A stretch of 23,206 nt of DNA from a virus. The position numbers were made by a program, and so were the translations under genes. Positions 7,911 to 16,031 of the stretch are shown piece by piece. The stretch lies in IMG/VR virus record IMGVR_UViG_3300043313_001399. One strand, given 5' to 3'. Every line of letters begins with the position of its first letter. Position 1 is the first letter of the stretch. The notes below the pieces were generated by a model. That model was not told where the DNA came from and did not search any database. It was given only the letters and a program-made list of their open reading frames with translations.

Positions 7911-10104
7911 ATCAGCCACCGTAGGTATCAAGATTGAGGCCGATGCCTCTGATGCCCTGAGCGATGTGCGCAAGGCTGAGAACGCCCTTCAGGACCTTGA
8001 GCAGGCGGCCAAACAGGTTGGCTCAGGTGCCGACGGTATCGACTCGCTTACCGAGGCCGTCAAGGGCCTACAGGAAGCCACTGAGGCCGCAGCTGAAGGC
8101 GGTAGCGGCCTGTCTGATGCGTTCGCCGGCGGCCTTGCTGGTGGCGCCATAGGCGCAGGTATAGCCAAGCTAGGTGGCGTCGTTTCCGAGGCCTTTGGCA
8201 AGCTTGCTGAGATAGGTCAAGAGGCCTTTAGCGAGGCCATGACGTTTGACGTTGGCCGGGACAAGCTACAGGCGCAGCTAGGCCTGACAGCTGAACAGGC
8301 CAAGGTTATGGGCGGTATCGCGGGCGACCTGTATAGCGACGCCTATGGGGAATCTATTGGTGAGGTGAACGAGGCCCTGCGCCAGGTCACGCTGAACGTA
8401 GGCCTGAACGCAGACACACAGGCCGCTGAGCTTCAGTCTGTGACAGCTAGCGTCCTTGACCTGGCCTCGGCCTTTGACCAGGATTTGGCAGGCGTTACCA
8501 GGGCTGTTGGTCAGCTTATGAAGACAGGCCTTGCCAAGAACGCCAAAGAGGCAATGGACGTTCTGACACGCGGGTTTCAGATTGGCAATGATAAGGCTGA
8601 AGACCTGCTAGATACCGTCAACGAATACAGCACCAGCTTCAGAGACGTTGGCCTTGATGCCTCGCAATTTATGGGCATCCTCAAGCAGGGCCTACAGGGC
8701 GGCGCAAGGGATGCAGACAAGGTTGCTGATGCCATCAAGGAATTCGGCATCAGGTCAAAGGATGCCAGCAAGACCAGCGCCGAGGCCTTTGAAACACTAG
8801 GCCTGAACGCAAAGGAAATGACAGACATCTTCGCCAGGGGCGGCAAGGGCGCCGCTGATGGCTTGGACCTTGTTCTGGACAGCCTGAGGAAGATAGAAGA
8901 CCCTGTAGCCCGCAATGCTGCTGCCGTAGGCCTCTTTGGCACACAGGCTGAAGACCTAGGCCAGGCGCTCAACAGCATTGACCCGTCAGAGGCCGTCAAT
9001 GCCCTAGGTGAGGTAGGTGGCGCCGCAGAAAAGATGGGCAAGGACCTTGCCGACAATGCCGAGACAAGGTTTGAAAGCTGGAAGCGGACTGTCCAAACCA
9101 AGGTTATTACGTTCATTGCGGACAACCTGTTACCGGCTCTTGAGAGTGTGGGCGCTGAAGCCGAGGTGCAATTCGCGAGGATGGGCAGGGCTTGGGATGC
9201 CTTTGTCTTAGGCTTCCGAGGTGGCGTAAAGCTTGAGGTTGACAACGGTCAGCTAACCTCAAGCATCACAGCTATTGAGCAAATGAACCCTGAATCACCG
9301 TTCGCTGAGGGAACGGTGATGCGCGACATAGAAGACCTAGGCAGGACTGTTAGACAGCTATCAGATGAATGGCTCCCACGGCTCAGAGATGCCCTTGAGG
9401 AAGTACGGCTTAAGCTCAAAGAATTGAGCGATTACCTTGAGGACAATAAGACCGCAATGGAACTACTGAGAAACGTTGGAATAGCGGTCCTGATAGTCGG
9501 GCTACTGATCCTGGTTGGTGTCATTTCTACCGTAATAGGTTGGGTCATCCTCTTTGGTGTCGTGATGGGTGGGTTGCTTGCGCCCTTTGTCGCCGTCCAA
9601 TTCGGCATGAATAGGCTAGGCATCACATGGGGCGATGTGTGGGGGACAATGCAAGCAGTAGTGCGCACGGCCGTATTCCTCATTTCCAATTGGATACGGG
9701 AGCTGGCGTTCATTGTAGGTAGCATTGTCGATGATGTATGGCCTGACGATTGGGCACGGCTTTGGGACAACATTACGGGCATTGTGCGCAGGGCAAAGGA
9801 TGCGGTCCTAGGGTTCATCGGTGACATCAAGCGCGAGATAGACAACTTCCTAGGCCTCATCAAGAAGGTTAGTAACCCGTTCAGTAACCCGTTCGGTAAC
9901 CCGTTTGCCTCAGGCAATATGGCGCCTGTGATGATGGCAGGCCCTATGGCCTCAGCCATGGTGGCCCCTGCCTCAGCTGGCGCAGGCTCAACCGTCATCA
10001 ATGTGAGCGTGTCCCATACAGGCCTAGGTGTCGACAGCCCTAGGCTTCAGCGTGACCTTGTAGAGGCCCTGAGACGCTATGACAGGCGCAACGGCCGCAC
10101 ATAA
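7900..10104 (+). CDS. Tape measure protein
   Basis: 734 aa and the largest gene. It is Ala/Gly/Leu-rich and helical, with a hydrophobic block 'NVGIAVLIVGLLILVGVISTVIGWVILFGVVMGGLLAPFVAV'. It sits after the chaperone, and AGAGG lies 7 nt upstream of the ATG. Confidence 0.85.
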   Translation: MPAKSATVGIKIEADASDALSDVRKAENALQDLEQAAKQVGSGADGIDSLTEAVKGLQEATEAAAEGGSGLSDAFAGGLAGGAIGAGIAKLGGVVSEAFGKLAEIGQEAFSEAMTFDVGRDKLQAQLGLTAEQAKVMGGIAGDLYSDAYGESIGEVNEALRQVTLNVGLNADTQAAELQSVTASVLDLASAFDQDLAGVTRAVGQLMKTGLAKNAKEAMDVLTRGFQIGNDKAEDLLDTVNEYSTSFRDVGLDASQFMGILKQGLQGGARDADKVADAIKEFGIRSKDASKTSAEAFETLGLNAKEMTDIFARGGKGAADGLDLVLDSLRKIEDPVARNAAAVGLFGTQAEDLGQALNSIDPSEAVNALGEVGGAAEKMGKDLADNAETRFESWKRTVQTKVITFIADNLLPALESVGAEAEVQFARMGRAWDAFVLGFRGGVKLEVDNGQLTSSITAIEQMNPESPFAEGTVMRDIEDLGRTVRQLSDEWLPRLRDALEEVRLKLKELSDYLEDNKTAMELLRNVGIAVLIVGLLILVGVISTVIGWVILFGVVMGGLLAPFVAVQFGMNRLGITWGDVWGTMQAVVRTAVFLISNWIRELAFIVGSIVDDVWPDDWARLWDNITGIVRRAKDAVLGFIGDIKREIDNFLGLIKKVSNPFSNPFGNPFASGNMAPVMMAGPMASAMVAPASAGAGSTVINVSVSHTGLGVDSPRLQRDLVEALRRYDRRNGRT
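9871..9906 (+). repeat. 3 x 12-nt tandem repeat inside the tape measure (SNPF-SNPF-GNPF)
   Basis: agtaacccgttc / agtaacccgttc / ggtaacccgttt. Confidence 0.9.
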
Positions 10105-10119
10105 GGAAGGTCGATCAGA

Positions 10120-10737
10120 ATGGCAGATAAGAAGATATCTCAGCTACCGGCCGCAGGGGCTTTAACGTCAGCTGATGTCCTGCCGCTGGTTCAAGGGTCC
10201 GCTACTGCCAAGGTTTCCCTTACGCAACTAGATTCACGCTGGGTCAGCACAAGCAGCGGAGGCACCGTTACAGGCGGCCTGACGGTAAGCCAGTACGTAG
10301 CTGTAGGGACTAACCCAGCTACGGCCGGCGCACTCAGGTTGCCGAATAATGGGCCTATCTATGCTAGAGACTCAGCTAATGGTACAAACCTCAATATATT
10401 GAATCTTGGTGGGACTGACTGGGTTAACATTGGCAGTTACGGGTCCCCGTATCTAGCCTTTCAGGCCAGGGATGGTATCCAATTCAATTTGAACTCCGTT
10501 AATCAGATGACCCTGACAGCAAACAATCTGAACTTTAAGGATTCGTTCTTTATTGGGGCAGGGTCCACTGTTGGGCTGAGAATTGGTGGCGCCGCCACGC
10601 AAAAGCTTGGGTTCTATGGCGCTACACCAGTTGTCAGGCCCACAGGCACACCAGCAGCAGCTACAGACCCAGCCACGACTATGGCGCTGGTCAATAGCCT
10701 TAGGTCTGCGCTCATTGCCCTAGGCCTTATCAGTTGA
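10120..10737 (+). CDS. Tail fibre-like protein (205 aa)
   Basis: The N-terminus 'KKISQLPAAGALTSADVLPLVQGSATAKVSLTQL' and C-terminus 'KLGFYGATPVVRPTG...VNSLRSALIALGLI' are motifs I recall from short phage fibre proteins. The central part (10381-10560) is about 44% GC by hand count. Confidence 0.5.
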   Translation: MADKKISQLPAAGALTSADVLPLVQGSATAKVSLTQLDSRWVSTSSGGTVTGGLTVSQYVAVGTNPATAGALRLPNNGPIYARDSANGTNLNILNLGGTDWVNIGSYGSPYLAFQARDGIQFNLNSVNQMTLTANNLNFKDSFFIGAGSTVGLRIGGAATQKLGFYGATPVVRPTGTPAAATDPATTMALVNSLRSALIALGLIS

Positions 10738-12158
10738 CTTGGGACCTATTGACTGAGGCAGGGGAAGGACTCCTAACAGAGTCCGGCGACAGCCTTGTCA
10801 CTGAGGAAGCCTTAAGCGCCTGGCCTGGTACCGCTGGCGGTGCCTACAGCCCTTATTGGGGTGGAGATATCAAGCTGTACGTATGGGCGGGCATCTTCGC
10901 AGGGTCAACCTTCCTATGGGGCGACTCAGCTACGGACAACCTTGATGCAGGCAATGTATGGGGCGGCGGCCTCGTGTCACCTACGCCACCAGCAGGCAGG
11001 CTATGGGTAGACCTGACGTGCGATGTTCTGAGCGTTCAGACAGACATAGGTGGCACACGATCTAACGGCGCCATAGCGCAGGCTGAGGCCGGTACAGCCA
11101 CGATTACCTTGGCTGATCCGCTGAGGAAGTATGACCCAACCAATCCCAATGGCCCTTACCAGTACGGCGGCCAGACACGCCTGACACCAGGCGCCAATAT
11201 CATTGTGTTCGCGGAGCGTTGGGACGGGACAGCCATTACGCAGTACAGGCTGTTTACGGGCACGGTCGATACATGGTCCGAGGCCTGGCAGCTTCACCCT
11301 GGCAACCGCAGGGCCGTTGTAGTGGCCTCTGACGCTGTCAAAGACCTTGTGGCGCTCGACTATGGGGAACAGCCCGCCATAGGCGCAGGGGACACTGTAG
11401 GGCAGCGTATTGAGCGCATCCTGGCCTATTACGCCTGGCCTGGTACAAGGACGTTGGACACCTCAACCAATACCCTTCAGGCAACTACCCTGGCTCAGTC
11501 CGCTTGGGAATTGATAGGCAGGGCCAACGAGGATGAGCTTGGGTTCACCTATCTAGACCAATCGGGCGTTCTACAGTTTCGCAATAGGGCGGCCTGGTCT
11601 ACGAGGCCGGCGCCTGTCCTGACCGTTGGTTGTGCCCCTGCTACGGCCTCGTATGACACCATGACAACGGCCTCGGTTGAGGCCGCCAACCTCAACATCA
11701 AGAACGCCGTATATGCTACCAGAACAGGTGGTGTACAGCAGGTGGTCAGGTCTGAGGATTCCATTGCAAGGTACGGCCTTCACAGCTACAAACGCACCGA
11801 CCTAGGCCTACAGAACGATAGCCAGGCAGGCGCTTGGGCCTCGTTCCTCGTGAGCATTCAGGGAACGCCTAGGGCGCAGCTAGACAGCCTGGTTATCAGG
11901 CCCCTGTTTGATCCGACCGTATGGCCCGCCCTGTTGGCTCTGAAGCTCGTTACCGACAGGGTAAGGGTGCTATGGACACCACCCGATATGAGCGCGACTA
12001 CCGAGGTTGTGGGCAGGGCCATAGGCATCAGCCATAACGTGACGCGCAACGCTTGGGATGTAAACCTCGTTCTGGCGCAGGCTGACATCTATGCGAACGT
12101 CATGCATTGGGGACCTCATCCCAAGGACAAGCTGAACGTAGGCAACGTCTACGTATGA
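10734..12158 (+). CDS. Minor tail protein (distal tail/baseplate candidate)
   Basis: TTG start overlaps the upstream TGA (agTTGAc). 474 aa with an N-terminal 'LLTEAGEGLLTESGDSLVTEE' repeat-like motif of the kind seen in minor tail proteins. The call is by position in the tail module. Confidence 0.55.
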   Translation: MTWDLLTEAGEGLLTESGDSLVTEEALSAWPGTAGGAYSPYWGGDIKLYVWAGIFAGSTFLWGDSATDNLDAGNVWGGGLVSPTPPAGRLWVDLTCDVLSVQTDIGGTRSNGAIAQAEAGTATITLADPLRKYDPTNPNGPYQYGGQTRLTPGANIIVFAERWDGTAITQYRLFTGTVDTWSEAWQLHPGNRRAVVVASDAVKDLVALDYGEQPAIGAGDTVGQRIERILAYYAWPGTRTLDTSTNTLQATTLAQSAWELIGRANEDELGFTYLDQSGVLQFRNRAAWSTRPAPVLTVGCAPATASYDTMTTASVEAANLNIKNAVYATRTGGVQQVVRSEDSIARYGLHSYKRTDLGLQNDSQAGAWASFLVSIQGTPRAQLDSLVIRPLFDPTVWPALLALKLVTDRVRVLWTPPDMSATTEVVGRAIGISHNVTRNAWDVNLVLAQADIYANVMHWGPHPKDKLNVGNVYV

Positions 12159-12170
12159 AAGGACAGGCTC

Positions 12171-12623
12171 ATGGCCTACAAGGAATTCACGGCAGGCCAG
12201 GAAGCCCTAGCCGCCGATATCAATACGCTGTATATGCAACAGACCGTTGCAAGGTTCCCAACGGCCGCAGCCAGGACGACAGCCATTGTGGCGCCTGTGC
12301 TCAATCAGCTGTCTATGTTGGATAGCAGGCCTGCTGTTGTCCAGTATTGGACGGGTAGCGCCTGGTTCGATCTAGTACCGTACACACAGGCAGGGCAGGC
12401 TAACGCTACTTCCACAGCTGGTCAGTCTGGCATCATCAGCTTTCCGGTCACGTTCGGGACGCTGACGGCCATCGTTGCATCGGTAATCAACGCAGGCGTC
12501 ATCCTGTCTGTTGATTACCCGCCGACCCTGACAGGGTTCACATGTAAGGCATACACAGCAGGTGGCGCTACGTATACGGGCAGCTTGTCTGTGTATTGGA
12601 TAGCGTGGGGCACTAAGGGATGA
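12171..12623 (+). CDS. Minor tail / receptor-binding candidate (150 aa)
   Basis: 'FTAGQEALAADINTLYMQQTVARFPTAAARTTAI..P..NQLSMLD....VQYWTGSAW' resembles a conserved N-terminal motif of siphophage minor tail/fibre proteins by recollection. AAGGA RBS. Confidence 0.5.
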   Translation: MAYKEFTAGQEALAADINTLYMQQTVARFPTAAARTTAIVAPVLNQLSMLDSRPAVVQYWTGSAWFDLVPYTQAGQANATSTAGQSGIISFPVTFGTLTAIVASVINAGVILSVDYPPTLTGFTCKAYTAGGATYTGSLSVYWIAWGTKG

Positions 12624-13363
12624 GAGAACTAACGTACTTCCCATTGCTGGAGAGCTTCCCAAAGACATCAGATTATGGGTATCGGATTGATCCCATCACA
12701 GGCGCTCAAGGCAGCTTCCATCGTGGCGTTGACTATGGCGCCCCCAATGGCGCTGAGCTGATCGCGCCCTTTGATGGTCAGGTGACGACAGGCAATGAAC
12801 CAGGCGGCGCAGGCCTTTGGGTTTGGGTTGTCAATGAAGGGGACATGTTTAAGAGCTTCCATCATTCAGGGTTTGCTGTTCATTCTGGATGGGTTGAGGC
12901 CGGTACCGTCATTGCTTGGATTGACAGCACAGGCAGTAGCACAGGCTCCCATGCTCACCTTGAGCTATGGGAATACGGAATGAACATTGACCCAACAGGC
13001 TACCTAGATAGGGCGCCCTTGTACGGTGGCGGATCACAGACAAATGAGGATGAGATGACAGACGAGGATTGGAACCAGATGCGCAGCATGCTCAACAATT
13101 TCATTGTTGGGAAGCTTGCGATGCACTCGACACCAAACGTTCTGTTCACTGATGAGAACGGCCAATTTACCGTTGTTCTGAAGGACGGCAAGCCTCATAG
13201 GCTCAGCATGCATAGTCCTGCTGAGGTGACCCTGGCGCAGAAGGCCGGTTTCCTGGTACCTCAGAAACCAATGAATCCGCCTGAGCCATGCCCCTCAGCT
13301 ATTGATGTCAGGAGCCTCAGTAACGAAGAACGCGACGTGCTGTATGGGTACCCTGTGGCTTAG
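12620..13363 (+). CDS. M23 (LytM-type) metallopeptidase; endolysin and/or tail-associated lysin with an unknown C-terminal domain
   Basis: HxxxD motif 'FHRGVDYG' and HxH motif 'GSHAHLE'. ATGA overlap with the upstream gene. The C-terminal 110 aa has no recognisable motif and lower GC. Confidence 0.85.
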   Translation: MRELTYFPLLESFPKTSDYGYRIDPITGAQGSFHRGVDYGAPNGAELIAPFDGQVTTGNEPGGAGLWVWVVNEGDMFKSFHHSGFAVHSGWVEAGTVIAWIDSTGSSTGSHAHLELWEYGMNIDPTGYLDRAPLYGGGSQTNEDEMTDEDWNQMRSMLNNFIVGKLAMHSTPNVLFTDENGQFTVVLKDGKPHRLSMHSPAEVTLAQKAGFLVPQKPMNPPEPCPSAIDVRSLSNEERDVLYGYPVA

Positions 13364-13365
13364 GC

Positions 13366-13563
13366 ATGAGCCTTGAATTCAGGCGTTGCCCTGTCCCCTA
13401 TTATCCTGAGCGCAATCAGGCCATTGCGTACTGGCCATGGCGCGACATCATCAAGGAAGAACGCAGGGCGCTTGCCCACCGTGACCAGCTGCCGAAATGC
13501 ACAGTCTGTGGACAGGCACTGATGCTCCGGCAACAGGCAGCGCACTTCAGCTGTCTGCGCTAG
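13366..13563 (+). CDS. Hypothetical 65-aa protein (Cys/His-containing)
   Basis: ATG lies 2 nt after the lysin stop. 'RCPVP....CTVCGQ...H..C' may bind metal. No TM segment, so it is not a holin. Confidence 0.4.
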   Translation: MSLEFRRCPVPYYPERNQAIAYWPWRDIIKEERRALAHRDQLPKCTVCGQALMLRQQAAHFSCLR

Positions 13564-13588
13564 GCTCGCACCTAGGTAGGGTCCGATG

Positions 13589-13683
13589 CCCTGGCCAGGG
13601 TTCATGCTCCCCTGAGCCTCGGTAGCCAGGCCTGGCGCCTTCCTGGCGTTGTATCGGCTCATCGCACACTCGCCAGGCCTGGC
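13589..13683. repeat. Cluster of three 12-bp perfect palindromes built from CCWGG pairs
   Basis: ccctggccaggg is at 13589-13600. gccaggcctggc is at 13625-13636 and again at 13672-13683. The last two extend to a 13-bp inverted repeat (13625-13637 / 13671-13683) with a 33-bp spacer. Confidence 0.85.
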
Positions 13684-13733
13684 CCCTGCCCCTACGTTGC
13701 GTTCTAAGCGCCTGAGGGAAGGGCCTCGGTACG

Positions 13734-13979
13734 ATGACACCGGAAACGCCGTCCGACGCAGCACAGGGCCACACAGGGGCCAATGCGGGGAACCTGACCC
13801 TTGTGGGGGATGCTGAGGCCCTGGCCCTGCGCCTAGATCGGCCCTGGTTAACGCAAGAGGCCCTAGACGAGGCCAAGCGCCTGGTAGACGCCTGGCCCTG
13901 CCTAGGGCCGTCTCAGTGGAACGCGGTAGCTGATGCGTTAGGCCTGCGCCTGCGGAATGACGGTCAAACGGTCGGTTGA
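13734..13979 (+). CDS. Hypothetical 81-aa protein (uncertain)
   Basis: GGGAAGGG lies about 10 nt upstream of the ATG, and the C-terminal half 'LTQEALDEAKRLVDAWPCLGPSQWNAVADALGL' is protein-like. It overlaps the integrase 3' end convergently by 42 nt, which lowers confidence. Confidence 0.35.
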   Translation: MTPETPSDAAQGHTGANAGNLTLVGDAEALALRLDRPWLTQEALDEAKRLVDAWPCLGPSQWNAVADALGLRLRNDGQTVG

Positions 13980-15452
13980 CCAGGGGCCACCAGGCGTAAC
14001 GACAATGCGCTTGATGACAGCCCTAACGACGCGCCGCATAGCCGAAATGTCGTCGGCAGCTACAGCGGCCTTCCAAGTATCAAGTAGCTCATGCCTCGGC
14101 TGTTCTGTCGGCATCGGGTGAAGCTGATGCCACACACGCTGAGCTTGATTGGCCTTGGCGATGAGCTTGGCAAGGTTGTCGTCGATATCAAGCCAGGCCA
14201 TCAGGTCAAGGGCGCCGGCCTCATGCTCAGCCTTCTTAGCGGTACGCCTGGCCTCAAGCGCCTGATACTCAGCAAGGCCTGGCCATGGCTCAGGCTTAGC
14301 AACCGCAGGCGTGTCCTTGGCAAGCTCAAGCTCAACAAGCTCCACTAGGTACTCATCTGTCATGGGGCCATGCAACGAGGCCTTACGGGCACACTTGCCC
14401 TTCCCCTGACAGTTGTAGCGGTGACGCCTTACGTCCTTGTCGTACTGACCGTTCATCCCTCCGTTGCACGTGGCGCAGGTAAGCACCTCAGATGCGAGGT
14501 ACTTGCGATAGCGGCCGTCAACCTCGTTACCTGCGTACAAGGCCCTGATGCGTTCCCATTGGGGAAGGTCAATGATTGCAGGCTGATTCCCCTTCACAGG
14601 GTTGCCGTTGGCATCCCTGGCCATACCGTCGGCCTGGTTAGCGTCGACCCTGTAGCCAGCAACCCTCGGGCTCGTCAAGATTTGCTTGATGGTCCGATGC
14701 GTAAAGGGATTGCCGTTCCTGCTGGCTATGCCATCGTCAGCAAGGCCCCTGGCAAATTCCGCCATGTTGGCCCCTGACTCAAGGGCATCGGCTAGCAGCT
14801 GAATCACCTTGGCCTCTGAAGGCATCAAGGCCCCTGAGGTTGTGTAGCCATAGCCTCTTGCGCCAACCATGACACCAGCCCTACGGGCCTGCTCGTGACG
14901 CCTGGTTACCTTGATGGTTACGGCCTCTGCATAGGCTGCTGCGTCATCTACCTTGCGCCTGGCGACCTTCCTGCCCTCAGGCGTTCGTAGGTCGCAGGTT
15001 GCATCATCGCAGTACCAGAACAGGTCAGGATGGTCTTCGTAGAAATCGATCAGGTCTTCCAGCACCTTGTGGCGCCTGGTCAACCTGTCGATATCAAGGA
15101 CAGCCAGGCCGTAGGTAACGCCTGTCAGCAGGTCCTTAACGGCTTGCTCAAAGGCAGGCCGTTCTACGTTCTTCTTAGAACCGCTGCTGTTTGGGTCTTC
15201 GTAGACCTTGTGGACATACACAGGTCCTGAAGCTTCAGCGGCCTCGGTAACGTCCTGCCTGACCAATGCGTCAACCTGAAGTGCGGCAACGGTCTTAGCC
15301 TGGCTCAGGCGCTTGATGATGGCTACAGGCGCTAGGCCTACCTGCTCAGGCTCTGCCTCATAGGTGGTCACAGTGGACTCGTGCTTACGAGGCCTGCCGT
15401 TGCTGTGGGGCACAATCACCGTTGTACCCTTGCGCTCACTCAGGGGTTTCAT
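13938..15452 (-). CDS. int: Large serine recombinase (phage integrase)
   Basis: 504 aa. It has a resolvase-like N-domain with candidate catalytic Ser in 'AIIKRLSQAK' and 'LAVLDIDRLTRR'. The recombinase domain is 'FTHRTIKQILTSPRVAGYR' and the zinc ribbon is 'CATCNGGM....YNCQGKGKC'. The C-terminus is helical. GGAAGGAA RBS lies 6 nt upstream. Confidence 0.9.
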   Translation of the reverse strand: MKPLSERKGTTVIVPHSNGRPRKHESTVTTYEAEPEQVGLAPVAIIKRLSQAKTVAALQVDALVRQDVTEAAEASGPVYVHKVYEDPNSSGSKKNVERPAFEQAVKDLLTGVTYGLAVLDIDRLTRRHKVLEDLIDFYEDHPDLFWYCDDATCDLRTPEGRKVARRKVDDAAAYAEAVTIKVTRRHEQARRAGVMVGARGYGYTTSGALMPSEAKVIQLLADALESGANMAEFARGLADDGIASRNGNPFTHRTIKQILTSPRVAGYRVDANQADGMARDANGNPVKGNQPAIIDLPQWERIRALYAGNEVDGRYRKYLASEVLTCATCNGGMNGQYDKDVRRHRYNCQGKGKCARKASLHGPMTDEYLVELVELELAKDTPAVAKPEPWPGLAEYQALEARRTAKKAEHEAGALDLMAWLDIDDNLAKLIAKANQAQRVWHQLHPMPTEQPRHELLDTWKAAVAADDISAMRRVVRAVIKRIVVTPGGPWSTDRLTVIPQAQA

Positions 15453-15475
15453 GCTCGTTCCTTCCTAGATGCGAA

Positions 15476-15499
15476 AGGGGCGCCCTTGTGGGCGCCCCT
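15476..15499 (-). terminator. GC-rich hairpin (10-bp stem, 4-nt loop) between the 52-aa ORF and int; weak intrinsic terminator or attenuator on the - strand
   Basis: aggggcgccc-ttgt-gggcgcccct. On the - strand it is followed by TTTCGC, only 3 U. Confidence 0.5.
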
Positions 15500-15525
15500 G
15501 GCTCGTTCTGGCTAGGCCTGCCTGC

Positions 15526-15684
15526 TCAGGCCTGTGCCTTGCGGGTCCGGTACAGGTGCTGAATACGGATCAGCGTTGCGCAGGTGATTTCAGGGTTGCG
15601 CTCAAGCTCACGTAGGAAGGCTCCCAAGCGGGTGAGGGTGCTGATCCGGTTGGCCTCGGCGATGGCGGCCTCGTTTGCGTTCAT
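15526..15684 (-). CDS. Hypothetical 52-aa helical basic protein upstream of int (below the ORF-track size cut-off)
   Basis: Hand translation gives MNANEAAIAEANRISTLTRLGAFLRELERNPEITCATLIRIQHLYRTRKAQA. AAGGGA lies about 8 nt upstream of the ATG (15684). Confidence 0.5.
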   Translation of the reverse strand: MNANEAAIAEANRISTLTRLGAFLRELERNPEITCATLIRIQHLYRTRKAQA

Positions 15685-15718
15685 GCTCAGGTCCCTTCAG
15701 GGGTAGACGGAAGCCACC

Positions 15719-15747
15719 ATACTGCCACCTGTGCGAGACATGCTCAA
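15719..15747 (-). promoter_or_regulatory. Sigma70-like promoter candidate for the 52-aa ORF/int transcript
   Basis: On the - strand: TTGAGC (15747-15742), 17-nt spacer, CAGTAT (15724-15719). It overlaps the 50-bp dyad. The host sigma specificity is unknown. Confidence 0.25.
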
Positions 15748-15777
15748 GTGTCCCCACAAGAGCATTTCTCGCACAGG
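15728..15777. promoter_or_regulatory. 50-bp imperfect dyad (18-nt arms, 17/18 complementary, 14-nt centre): attP or operator candidate
   Basis: cctgtgcgagacatgctc (15728-15745) pairs with gagcatttctcgcacagg (15760-15777). Confidence 0.6.
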
Positions 15778-15814
15778 GTTCCTATGCAGGTCAGGCAGGG
15801 CAGCTAGCTGAGGA

Positions 15815-15866
15815 TGCCCCTGCCCCTAGCCAGGCGGCGGCCAGGAAGGGGCCAGGGGCAGGGGCA
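15815..15866 (-). terminator. GC-rich hairpin 3 nt downstream of the leftward operon's last stop (U-tract-less terminator candidate)
   Basis: 13-bp stem: tgcccctgcccct (15815-15827) pairs with aggggcaggggca (15854-15866). The 53-aa ORF stop is at 15870-15872. Confidence 0.5.
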
Positions 15867-15869
15867 GGA

Positions 15870-16031
15870 CTACCTAGTGAGCAGGCCAAGAACGAGCAGG
15901 GCAATGATGACGGCCTGAAGGGCAATGGCGGTAAGGGCCGTCCCAAGTAGAACCCTATGCGCCCTGTGATGATCCTCGGCGTCAAGCCAGGGAAGAACCC
16001 TGCGAGCATTCAGGCCGTCCTGAGGTGCCAT
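15870..16031 (-). CDS. Hypothetical 53-aa membrane protein (C-terminal TM helix)
   Basis: Hand translation gives MAPQDGLNARRVLPWLDAEDHHRAHRVLLGTALTAIALQAVIIALLVLGLLTR. TGATG stop/start overlap with the upstream gene at 16033-16029. Confidence 0.6.
   Translation of the reverse strand: MAPQDGLNARRVLPWLDAEDHHRAHRVLLGTALTAIALQAVIIALLVLGLLTR

Noticed and set aside
9871-9906. Short tandem repeat as a CRISPR or regulatory array
   Set aside because: It has only three 12-nt units without spacers, is in frame within the tape measure, and encodes SNPF/SNPF/GNPF.
8577-10001. 222-aa (8577-9245) and 189-aa (9432-10001) - strand ORFs
   Set aside because: They are antisense to the tape measure gene. Their Ser/Ala/Pro/Thr-rich composition mirrors the sense-strand Ala/Gly/Leu codons.
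13360-13876. - strand ORFs 13360-13764 (134 aa) and 13547-13876 (109 aa)
   Set aside because: Their Arg/Pro/Gly/Ala-rich sequences are typical of random GC-rich frames. They have no start context, and they overlap the better + strand candidates and the palindrome cluster.
15675-16009. 91-aa + ORF (15675-15950) and 72-aa - ORF (15791-16009)
   Set aside because: Both are low-complexity (G/A/P-rich) and span the hairpin and dyad. The hand-found 53-aa - strand ORF in a different frame has TGATG coupling and a clean TM helix, so it is preferred.
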